Shown: positions 1 to 8,358 of the stretch, in pieces | How the letters are laid out: each line of letters opens with the position of its first letter | How positions within the stretch are numbered: position 1 is the stretch's first letter | Assembly: GCA_963719495.1 (NCBI GenBank) | Contig: CAVRCI010000012.1 | Location: 1-64,000 of the forward strand | DNA: 64,000 nucleotides | Direction: 5' to 3' | Source: an uncultured Verrucomicrobiae bacterium | Lineage (GTDB): Bacteria > Verrucomicrobiota > Verrucomicrobiia > Chthoniobacterales > JAATET01 | The notes under the pieces: generated by a model | The model's database searches: none | The model's input: only the letters and a program-made list of their open reading frames with translations | What the model was told of the DNA's origin: nothing | Position numbers and translations under genes: made by a program

Positions 1-1
1 C

Positions 2-103
2 GACCTCTACAAAATCTACGCCGGAGATCCGGATTTCAAAAAAGCCTTCGACGAAAGCATTGTTCGGATCCTGGCCCTGCAAGAACAGCAGAAGGCCGCG
101 TGA
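2..103 (+). CDS. 3' end of a CDS truncated by the window edge; possibly type I restriction enzyme R subunit C-terminus
   Basis: Frame 2 reads DLYKIYAGDPDFKKAFDESIVRILALQEQQKAA*. This resembles from memory the 'ELYKLFAxDxxFK' tail of some HsdR proteins. Only 33 aa are visible. Confidence 0.4.
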   Translation, partial: DLYKIYAGDPDFKKAFDESIVRILALQEQQKAA

Positions 104-319
104 GCGAGCGAGCGGCTCGTGGTTTACGCGGCTTTCTGTAAAGTTTCTTGGAGCTTGGTGAATCGCCTGAAGGCACCCGTGGGTCGAAGCCAATAGCGAC
201 GGCGGCTCGACACGATTTTCAGTTGAAGCTGGGCGTTCGGACGTCGCGGGAGAAGAAGTGGGTCAGCTCATCGAGCCGCCCCTCCCCAGGGTGGAAGCCG
301 TAAGCACCAGCCAAACCAA

Positions 320-478
320 GGTAGGGCAGCCGCGCCGCCGGGTGCCCACTTTGGTTACGGGTTGCGGTCGAAAACGAACAGCGACCGATAGGCTCAGACC
401 ACCGTGCCCGACGAGTCCGCTGCGAAGACCGCAAGCCCAGCGAGAAAGCGACGGCACCCGGGGCCTGGCTGCCCTACC
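320..478. repeat. REPIN-like pair of inverted GTAG-type REP elements
   Basis: GGTAGGGCAGCCGCGCCGCCGGGTGCC (320-346) pairs imperfectly with GGCACCCGGGGCCTGGCTGCCCTACC (453-478). A related single copy lies at about 32218-32243. Confidence 0.6.
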
Positions 479-536
479 ACCCGGCGCGAAACACAAATTC
501 TCGCGGCTCCCGCCGGAGCTCGAGATCTGGACGCGA

Positions 537-572
537 GAAAGGCGCGACTGGTTCTCACCAATCGCGCCTTTC
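537..572 (-). terminator. Stem-loop downstream of the fasciclin gene, probable intrinsic terminator
   Basis: Minus strand GAAAGGCGCGATTGGT-GAGA-ACCAGTCGCGCCTTTC: 16-bp stem with a GNRA loop, about 30 nt past the stop codon. Confidence 0.6.
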
Positions 573-601
573 GCTAAGACGTTTTGTCTCTCGAATACCG
601 A

Positions 602-1150
602 TTACGGCATGAGGACGGTGTCGATCGCGTGGATGACGCCGTTACTGGCGACCATGTCCGTCTCGATCACCTTGGCATCGTCGACCATGACTCCATCGTC
701 GGAAACGACGACTTCGGCTTCCGTGCCCTCAACGGTAGGGGCGGCCATCGTCTTGACGTCGGCGGCCATCACCTTGGCGGGGACGACGTGGTAGGTGAGG
801 ATCGCGGTGAGCTTGTCCTTACCTTCGGGGGTCATGAGCATCGCGAGGGTTTCCTCGGGGACCTTCGCAAACGCTTCGTTGGTCGGTGCGAAGACCGTGA
901 ACGGGCCCTCACCCGAGAGAGTCTCGACGAGTCCGGCGGCTTTCACCGCGGAAACGAGGGTCGAGAAATCGGGGTTGCCGACGAGAACGTCGACGACGGT
1001 GCCGGTCTCGGCTGCGTCTTGGGCCATTTCGGTTGCTTCCGGGGTCGCGGTGTCCGCTTCGGCGAGGGCCTGACCGGAAAACGCGAGGGCCGCGGCCACC
1101 GTGGCGGTCGAGGCGAGCTTGAGGGAGTTGGTGAGTGTTAGTTTCTTCAT
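602..1150 (-). CDS. Secreted fasciclin (FAS1) domain protein
   Basis: Signal peptide; FSTLVSAVKAAGL, GPFTVFAPTNEAF, ILTYHVV and ASNGVIHAIDTVL motifs. Confidence 0.95.
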   Translation of the reverse strand: MKKLTLTNSLKLASTATVAAALAFSGQALAEADTATPEATEMAQDAAETGTVVDVLVGNPDFSTLVSAVKAAGLVETLSGEGPFTVFAPTNEAFAKVPEETLAMLMTPEGKDKLTAILTYHVVPAKVMAADVKTMAAPTVEGTEAEVVVSDDGVMVDDAKVIETDMVASNGVIHAIDTVLMP

Positions 1151-1160
1151 ACACCCATTA

Positions 1161-2165
1161 CTACGGAGCGATCGTGGATCCGGATTGGTTTTTCGGGCTG
1201 GATCTCCGGGAAACCAAATTCTCGATGATGCTGATTCCGAGTTTCGCCTCCTCGGGCGGGCAGGGATTCGGCCCCTCGCCCCGGAAGAACCGGTTGACCC
1301 GTTCGATCAAGCCGCGCTGGACGGCCCGGGGGTGCTCGAACGAACGCGTCTCCGGCGACTTGCCGCGCTCGATCCGGAGCGTCGGTGATCCGAAGAACGG
1401 GAATTCGAGCCGCCCCTGATCTCCGACGATCTCGCATCGGTCCTGGGCGCCGCTTGCCGCGAAGTCCCATCGCCCGCGGACGCGCACGCCGGATCCCGTT
1501 TGGAATTCCCCGGCGACTCGTTCGCCGGGAGCGTCCGGCAATTCGAGCGGTCGGATGTCTCTCGGCGCTCCGAACCAGTGGATGACCAGGTCGAGCTGAT
1601 GCGGGGCGAGATCGTGAAACAGCCCCCCACCGGAGATCGCGGGGTCGACCCGCCAATTCCGGCCCGGGTCCGCGGCTTGTCCAGTCGGTGCCGGGTGCGC
1701 GAGTTGGATGTCGGCGGATGTCGGCTCCCCGATCGCACCGTCAATCAACAGCTCACCGACCGCCTCGAACAGCGGCAAGGCCCGGCGGTAATGGGCCACG
1801 ACCAATCGCCCGCCACCGGTCGCTTCATCCGCCAAGATCATCGCGTCGCATCCGGCGACGTCCGTCGACATCGGCTTCTCGACGTAAACGAACTTGCCCG
1901 CCGCCAACGCCGCGATCACGTAGTCCGCGTGCGAGGACGGCGGCGTCGCCACGTAGACGGCGTCGACCTCGGGATCGGCGATGAGCTCGGCCCCGTCGGA
2001 ATACCAACGGGCCGCGCCGTGCCGCCGGGCGAAGTCCGCCGCCTTCGTCGCATCGCGCCGCATGACCGCAACCAGCTCCGAACCCGGCAACTCGCGGAAG
2101 GCCGGCCCGCTCTTCACCTCGGCCACGTCACCCGCACCCAGAATCCCCCATCGAATCGTCTTCAT
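1161..2165 (-). CDS. Gfo/Idh/MocA family oxidoreductase
   Basis: IRWGILGAG Rossmann start, VYVATPP, VEKPM, GGGLFHDLAPH. Confidence 0.92.
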   Translation of the reverse strand: MKTIRWGILGAGDVAEVKSGPAFRELPGSELVAVMRRDATKAADFARRHGAARWYSDGAELIADPEVDAVYVATPPSSHADYVIAALAAGKFVYVEKPMSTDVAGCDAMILADEATGGGRLVVAHYRRALPLFEAVGELLIDGAIGEPTSADIQLAHPAPTGQAADPGRNWRVDPAISGGGLFHDLAPHQLDLVIHWFGAPRDIRPLELPDAPGERVAGEFQTGSGVRVRGRWDFAASGAQDRCEIVGDQGRLEFPFFGSPTLRIERGKSPETRSFEHPRAVQRGLIERVNRFFRGEGPNPCPPEEAKLGISIIENLVSRRSSPKNQSGSTIAP

Positions 2166-2170
2166 CGCGA

Positions 2171-2755
2171 TCAGTCTGCCGCAACGACGTCGTCGGGGGT
2201 GTAAAATTCGCGATCCTCGCCGGCGGAACGCACCTGGATTTCCTGGCTCGAGATCTGGTGGAAAAAATACGGCGTCCCGTAGCCGTCGAGCAACTCGCCT
2301 TCGCCATTGAGCCGAGGATTCTCACGCGGAAAAATCTCCCGTTTCCCGGGATTACCTCCACGGAGCGCGATCATGAATTGGGCGTTATCCTCGCCCGTTG
2401 GATAACTTCCGAACGCCTCGCGGTAAGCCTGAAAAATCGCCAGCACCACCTTCGGCTCATCGCCTTCAGGTAAGGTCGAATCTCCCAAGGCCTCCGCATC
2501 GGGGTGAGGTGGCAGCGACGACATCGCCGCCACCGCCGGGAGCTCAGAGGCTACCCGCTCACTCGAAAACTGCTGCGTAGATTGCGCGCCCGGAGCGGAG
2601 GGCATTGATCGGGTCATCGCAGGAGTCGGTGCCCTGGGGCCATTGACCTCGCCCGTCACGCTCTCAGATCCTTCGTTGTAACCGGACAGAAACAGCCCAA
2701 TCCACAAAAGCAAAACAGCAACCAAAAGCAGCCAGACCCATCGCCTCACATCCAC
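2171..2755 (-). CDS. Membrane-anchored hypothetical protein with a pseudopilin GspG-like C-terminus
   Basis: N-terminal TM; the C-terminal LLDGYGTPYFF...RSAGEDREFYTPDD resembles the T2SSG 'DPWGxPY...SxGxD' motif. Confidence 0.6.
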   Translation of the reverse strand: MDVRRWVWLLLVAVLLLWIGLFLSGYNEGSESVTGEVNGPRAPTPAMTRSMPSAPGAQSTQQFSSERVASELPAVAAMSSLPPHPDAEALGDSTLPEGDEPKVVLAIFQAYREAFGSYPTGEDNAQFMIALRGGNPGKREIFPRENPRLNGEGELLDGYGTPYFFHQISSQEIQVRSAGEDREFYTPDDVVAAD

Positions 2756-2869
2756 CCCTTCACAAGAAGCTATCCGCGTCCATCCGCGTCCATTTGCTTC
2801 GCTGCACTCTTCCCTTCGGGACTGTCTTCGACAGGCTGTCTCGCTTCGCTCGGCTGTGGTTCCTCACCC

Positions 2870-4291
2870 TCACACCCGCATAAAATCCAAATCCGTCCGC
2901 GAAAACCGCCCGATGTTCGGCAGCACCAACGGCAGGTCGCTTTCACTCACTCCAAACCACCGAGCCAATCCCGCCGCCATCTCGTCGGTCGACACCGCCG
3001 GGATCCAGCTGCCGCGCGACCCGGTGTCGTCCGGGCCGCTGATCTGCAACTCCGGCATCCGACCGTAGAGCCGCCCGCCGTTCACGGCGCCACCCATGAC
3101 CATGTGGTGACTGCCCCACGCGTGGTCCGAGCCCTTGCCGTTGCTGTTGAACGTGCGGTTGAAATCCGACGCCGTGAAGAGCGTGACGTCGTCGCGGATC
3201 CCCAGCGTCCCGGTCGCGTCGTGGAAGTCCGCCAGCGCGTCGCTCAATTGCCCGAGCAGCGCGTTGTGGTCCTCGATCTGCGCATCGTGCGTGTCGAATC
3301 CACCGAGCGACGCGAAGAAGATCTGCCGCTTCATCCCCAGCGTCCCCCGCGCCTCGATCATGCGCAGGATCATCTGCAACTGGTCGGCCACGCGGTTGAG
3401 CCGGCCGTTTTCGTCGGTGCTGCGGACGAATTTGTCCTTGTGATCGGGCACGCCCGCGAAGGTCGCTTTGAGCAGCGTGTCGTTGGCGATCGCGCGGTTG
3501 AAAACGTTCGCGTATTCCTGCTCGAAAATCTGGCCGTATCCCCGCGTCCGCACGTCGTCCAAAGCATCGTGGCGTTGGAGCAACGGCGGGTTGTTGCGAG
3601 TGTGGTCGCGAAGGCCGATGCTGCCATCGGGGGTCATGTGATACTGAACGACTTCGTCGCCGACCTGGAAAAAATTGTTCCCGGCCAGAGACACGTTCAT
3701 CGAGATGTTCGAGCTGCCGTTAAGCGATTGCATCAGATCCGCGAGCCGCCCGCCCCAGCCGATCTTGCGGGTCGATTCCGGCACCGACGTCTGCCACTGG
3801 ACCTGCTGATCGTTGTGGGAAAAGAGGTGCGGTGGGATGGCCGCGCCGCCGCTCTGGTATTCCGCCTTCGTGATCGGCGCGACGAGCGTGCCGACGTTCG
3901 CGATCATCGCGAGGTCGCCGGAATTGAAGATGGATTGCAGCGGCCCCATCGCCGGATGAAAGGCAAATTCCCGCCCGTCGTCGCCCGGCGCGTTGAGCGG
4001 CAGAAGGCCCTCGCGCGGCAACGCCAGAATCCCCCGATTCGCGGCGTAGGCCGCGTAGGCCGCCGGGTCGTAGGGGACGAGCATGTTGTTCGCGTCGTTA
4101 CCTCCGAAGAGAAAGAGGCAAATGAGCGCCTTCCCGTCGTCCGGCCCGCCCGTCACGCCCTGCGCGGCGACCGTCGCGTTGAAGAGGCGCAACGTGCCAA
4201 GCGTCGATAAAATGCCCGCCATTCCAAGACCCGCACACGCGCTTTGGCCGAGAAATTTCCGCCTTGAAATGAGATTACAAGGGTCGTTCAT
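2870..4291 (-). CDS. DUF1501 family protein, Tat-exported
   Basis: SRRKFLG twin-arginine signal; CLFLFGGNDANN, GGFDTH, SDFNRT and GSDHAWG motifs. Confidence 0.9.
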   Translation of the reverse strand: MNDPCNLISRRKFLGQSACAGLGMAGILSTLGTLRLFNATVAAQGVTGGPDDGKALICLFLFGGNDANNMLVPYDPAAYAAYAANRGILALPREGLLPLNAPGDDGREFAFHPAMGPLQSIFNSGDLAMIANVGTLVAPITKAEYQSGGAAIPPHLFSHNDQQVQWQTSVPESTRKIGWGGRLADLMQSLNGSSNISMNVSLAGNNFFQVGDEVVQYHMTPDGSIGLRDHTRNNPPLLQRHDALDDVRTRGYGQIFEQEYANVFNRAIANDTLLKATFAGVPDHKDKFVRSTDENGRLNRVADQLQMILRMIEARGTLGMKRQIFFASLGGFDTHDAQIEDHNALLGQLSDALADFHDATGTLGIRDDVTLFTASDFNRTFNSNGKGSDHAWGSHHMVMGGAVNGGRLYGRMPELQISGPDDTGSRGSWIPAVSTDEMAAGLARWFGVSESDLPLVLPNIGRFSRTDLDFMRV

Positions 4292-4313
4292 GATTTCAAA
4301 TGGGTGACGGAGT

Positions 4314-7300
4314 TCATCGCTGCACGAATCCCTCCGGTGAAGTCAACACCAGGAACACGGCCATCTCGGCCCGCCTCTTCTGACGATCGGGCTCGTAGCC
4401 ATACCAGCTCGGGAGCGCGGCGAACGCCGCCTGGATCGAGGCCCGCAGCTCCGGACTCATCGCGCCGAAGAGCAGGCGCGCGTCGAGGTGATCGATCAAG
4501 TCGCTTTCGGCTTCGAGCCGCGTCCGGTCGGGATCGTCGAGGATCGCCACCAGCCGCGTGTAGTCCGCCCGGAGGTAGGCATTGGAAGTCGTTCCCGGGA
4601 TCAGTTGTGGCGTCCAAAGCCCGTAATCGAGGTAAATGCTCATCAGGTTCGCCTGATTGATGATCGTCGTGTCGGTCAGGATCTGATACTCCGGCGAGAC
4701 CAGGCCCGACTCCGACACGACACCGGGCGCGCTGTAGCTCGGGAGAAAAAAGTTGAAAACCGACGGGGCTGCCAACACCGACTGCTCGGACATGCGGTAG
4801 CGGATCTCGATGAAATACCGGTCATCGCCATTGATCTCCAGGAGCGGTGGTTTGACGTCGGTCGCACGGAACATGCGGGCCATTCGCAGCAGCGGCTCGG
4901 AGCCTTTTCCAAAACTGATCGACGTCCGCGGCCCGACGTTGCGCGCTTCCGGATCGAGCAGCACGGCGCGGATCGTGGCTCCCAGATCCCCGCGCGCCGC
5001 GCCCGCCTCCCCGTTAAACGCGCGGGCGACCCGGTAGGTGTAACCCGGGCTCGGATTGCTCGTGACGAAGCGCTGGATGAGATGACGCGCGATGAATGGC
5101 CCGACGTTCGGATGATCGAAGAGCGCGTCGAGCGCCGCCGCCATCCGCGCCTCGCCGCCGACGTCGCCGGGGATCACCGTCCCGCCGAGAATCGTGCGCG
5201 GTCGCTCGTCGCCGAAGTCGGCGTAATGCGTCATCGGGCGCGTGTCGTCGTAACCGTAGAGAAACCACCCGCGTCGGTCGGCGACGTCACCGTCGTTCCA
5301 ACGCGGCGGATCCGCCTCGTCGTAATGCGGCCCCCAACCCGTGAAGACGTGCGCGAGTTCCACGATGTCGTCCTGCGAATACGTCGGGATCGGCAGACCT
5401 TCCGACGACAGCCGGATCGACCCGTCGGTGTGCAGTTTTGTCAACCCGATCGTGAAGAGCTGCATGATCTCGCGGGCGTAGTTTTCGTCCGGCTCGCTGC
5501 CCGTCTCCGGGTCGGGCTTCCGATTCCGCATCATGCTCAGGTATTGCCCCATCATCGGGCTCTTCGTCACGGTCTCGAGCAGGTCGCGGTAGTTTCCAAA
5601 GGCCCCGTCGACGAGCGCGTCGTAGTATTCGGTGACCGCGACGTGATCGCCCTCCAGACTCCCCACCTGCGAGATGACGAGCATCTCGCTCAACGCCAGC
5701 GCCATCCGCTGCCGCAGCTGATCCGGAGCCGCGAGCGCCGCCTGCCAGAAGGCCTCCTCGCGCGGCCGGTGATACCCATCGTTGCCGTTGAGCGCCTCCA
5801 ACTCCGCCCGCCGCGCCGTCACGTAATCGACGTGGTGCGTGGCCGGGAGCGCAATTTGCGAGTCGATCCACCGGGCAAAATCTCCCGCCCGCACCTCGGT
5901 CACAGAACCGTCCGTGGCCCCGAAAGTCGCCTGCGCCAGGAACCGCGCCGCCTCGGCGTCCGTCGTCGCACCCGCCAACGCGACGGGTGGCGTCTCCGTC
6001 GGCGGCATCGTCTCGAAGGCTGGCGTCGTCCGCAGCTGCCCGACGATCTCGCCCTCCGGAGCGCCCTCCGTCCGGACCCGCACCCAGAGTTGCCCCGCGT
6101 CGAGCGCCGACACGATCTGCGCCGACGAGAACCCCGCCGCCGGGGCAAAATCCCAATTCTCCCCGACGACTTGATTCCCCGGCAGAGTCAGCACCGTCGG
6201 ACCCGCCGTCCCGGTTGTGGAATGAAAAATCTCCGCCGCCGTCTCCGCGGTCGCGAGCCCGGTGAAGCTCAACGCCACCCGGCTCCCGAGCGCGTTACCC
6301 GCCCGGCGAACCGAGGCGATCCCCGACCCACCCGATCCCACCACACCCCGGAGTTGCGCCACGTAAAGCACGTCGCGCGAGTCGTCGATCGTGACGGACG
6401 TCGAGGTCGGCGAACCCAGCGCGTATCCCGGCCCCGGCAGCAGCGTCATCGTCACACCCTCCGGCACCTCGATTTCGCCGTCGGCCAGCGGCGCGATCGA
6501 CACCGCCGCCGAACCCTCCGCCACACCCACCGTCACGCTCGATCCCGGATCGACGTAATCCACGCCCTTCGCCGCCGTGCCCGACAGCGTGTATCCGACC
6601 GAGATTGGGCAGATCCCACCCGAGCGGAAGATTTTGAACCTCGCCGCTGTCCCGTCCGCCTCGTAGGCGCGGTCCACCGCCACACCCAGCGTCACGACGC
6701 TCGGACTCGCCACGCGCGCCCGCGCCGCCGGTTTGTCCGGCACGTTCGGCTTCGTCGTCGAGTCCCCCGCATCCAGCCCCAGCACGACCTCCTCCCAATC
6801 CGTCAACCCATCCCCGTCCGCGTCCGCATCCGCGACCTCGAGCCGAAAAAAGATCCGCCCGTCCGCCAGCAGGTTCGCAATCGAGTCCCCCGTCGACGAA
6901 AGCGCCGCTCCGCCGATGATTTCGCGCGAGTCCGCCGCGTCGCCCGGCTTCGTCCAGGCAACGGCCACGTGGTCGCCGCCGTCGTATTCCCGCTGGAGGA
7001 CCTCGAAATAATACGCGCTCCCTGCGACCAGCGGGATCGGCGCAGATTTTTGCGCGGCATTTTTCGTGAACTCCAGTTCGTCACTCCAATTCGGGATCCG
7101 CGCGATCCGTCCGGCATTCGCCGCCGTCCCGTCCGTCGACAGCCGGAACTCGCTCGCGTCGTCCCCCGCGATCCAGAAGGTGTAGTCGCCCGTCGTCGGA
7201 GGAACGATGAATCCCGTGATGGCCTGTCCGTATTCATCCTCGTCCGGACTGGTCTGGCGCGTCCGCAGCGAAGTCAAACGATCGTCCACGTCCGGTGCGA

Positions 7301-7796
7301 CGGTCCCCGTCCGCGCCATGATTCGCAGATCCGAGACGCCTTCATCCGTCAATCCACTCCACTTCCGGCGACGCACCCCGCCCGAAGAAAAAGCCGACCC
7401 GACGTCCAACGCGACGTCGATCATTCCCCCGGTCCCCACGACCTGGTCGCCAATCGGCACCCACGACACCAGATCAGCCGAAGCGAGCGGTTGATAACGC
7501 ACCCCGCCGATCGACGGCCAACGTTGCCCAATTGTGCTGCCATTCATTTGCTCCACCCCCGCCAGCACCGGGCAGCTTGCCAGGTCCATCGGGTCCGTCC
7601 CAGCGATCGATTCCTCGCGATTCGTGTAGCCGTCCCCATCCTCGTCCGCACCCGGGACCCGCCCCTCGCCGTAAGCTGCTTCCCAAACGTCACTCATCCC
7701 ATTCTCGTTGTCGTCCAGCATCGCCTGGGCCGGAAACGCCACGACGCCAGCAACGAGGGCGAAAATCGGGAAAATCAAAGCAGGGGGACCTTTCAT
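4314..7796 (-). CDS. Secreted multidomain DUF1800 protein (TSP3-like Ca repeats, PA14, Calx-beta, CHRD-like, DUF1800)
   Basis: Signal peptide; DEDGDGYTNREE repeats; PA14 (GDYTFWIAGDDASEF); Calx-beta (DGEIEVPEGVTMTL); AARFLAQATFG, DQLRQRMALALSE, PDENYAREIMQLFTIG, APSVFNFF. Confidence 0.9.
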   Translation of the reverse strand: MKGPPALIFPIFALVAGVVAFPAQAMLDDNENGMSDVWEAAYGEGRVPGADEDGDGYTNREESIAGTDPMDLASCPVLAGVEQMNGSTIGQRWPSIGGVRYQPLASADLVSWVPIGDQVVGTGGMIDVALDVGSAFSSGGVRRRKWSGLTDEGVSDLRIMARTGTVAPDVDDRLTSLRTRQTSPDEDEYGQAITGFIVPPTTGDYTFWIAGDDASEFRLSTDGTAANAGRIARIPNWSDELEFTKNAAQKSAPIPLVAGSAYYFEVLQREYDGGDHVAVAWTKPGDAADSREIIGGAALSSTGDSIANLLADGRIFFRLEVADADADGDGLTDWEEVVLGLDAGDSTTKPNVPDKPAARARVASPSVVTLGVAVDRAYEADGTAARFKIFRSGGICPISVGYTLSGTAAKGVDYVDPGSSVTVGVAEGSAAVSIAPLADGEIEVPEGVTMTLLPGPGYALGSPTSTSVTIDDSRDVLYVAQLRGVVGSGGSGIASVRRAGNALGSRVALSFTGLATAETAAEIFHSTTGTAGPTVLTLPGNQVVGENWDFAPAAGFSSAQIVSALDAGQLWVRVRTEGAPEGEIVGQLRTTPAFETMPPTETPPVALAGATTDAEAARFLAQATFGATDGSVTEVRAGDFARWIDSQIALPATHHVDYVTARRAELEALNGNDGYHRPREEAFWQAALAAPDQLRQRMALALSEMLVISQVGSLEGDHVAVTEYYDALVDGAFGNYRDLLETVTKSPMMGQYLSMMRNRKPDPETGSEPDENYAREIMQLFTIGLTKLHTDGSIRLSSEGLPIPTYSQDDIVELAHVFTGWGPHYDEADPPRWNDGDVADRRGWFLYGYDDTRPMTHYADFGDERPRTILGGTVIPGDVGGEARMAAALDALFDHPNVGPFIARHLIQRFVTSNPSPGYTYRVARAFNGEAGAARGDLGATIRAVLLDPEARNVGPRTSISFGKGSEPLLRMARMFRATDVKPPLLEINGDDRYFIEIRYRMSEQSVLAAPSVFNFFLPSYSAPGVVSESGLVSPEYQILTDTTIINQANLMSIYLDYGLWTPQLIPGTTSNAYLRADYTRLVAILDDPDRTRLEAESDLIDHLDARLLFGAMSPELRASIQAAFAALPSWYGYEPDRQKRRAEMAVFLVLTSPEGFVQR

Positions 7797-7914
7797 GAAA
7801 TCAACTCAGGTTGACTGGCGATAAACACTACGCCCCGCGAGAATCGCACGAACCCCCGAAAGTGCATTCTTTATTGCGCGAAAAATGCGCATCGGCTACC
7901 CGTCTCCCCGCCGC

Positions 7915-8175
7915 ATGAAATTCCACCGCCTTCCGCTCGCGCTCCTGCTCATCGCCACGGCGGCCCCCGGCTGCACGACGATGGGCCGGGTCGGAAATTC
8001 CGTCGAATCCGGAGCCCGCAACGTCGGCCGCACCACCGGTAATTTCTTCGGCAACCTCTTCGGCAAAAAGAAGGCCGAGCCCACGCCCCGACGCCGCACC
8101 CGCACTCGCGACACCGACAACACCCCCGCACCACCGACCCTGGAGAGCACCCCCCAGGAATACGTCGGCCAGTAA
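7915..8175 (+). CDS. Small predicted lipoprotein
   Basis: MKFHRLPLALLLIATAAPGC lipobox-like signal. An upstream in-frame ATG at 7885 is also possible. Confidence 0.65.
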   Translation: MKFHRLPLALLLIATAAPGCTTMGRVGNSVESGARNVGRTTGNFFGNLFGKKKAEPTPRRRTRTRDTDNTPAPPTLESTPQEYVGQ

Positions 8176-8358
8176 GCCCGCCACCGGCGGGCACGAAGGG
8201 GAAAACAGGCTTCCAGCCTGTCCTTCCGGGCATCCTGCCCGGAAGCTCGTAACCAACCCGCGCAGCGGCACTCCCCCCACCAATCACCAGTCACCAGCCA
8301 CCAATCACCAGCCAAACACCCCCACCCCGCAGTTGCCATCCCCCCGTGACCAGCTTAA

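Noticed and set aside
4488..7814. 1108-aa + strand ORF (similarly 22131-24878, 26357-28987, 57859-60051, 14453-16345)
   Set aside because: Antisense shadows of clear genes. High GC suppresses stop codons and the translations have no motifs.
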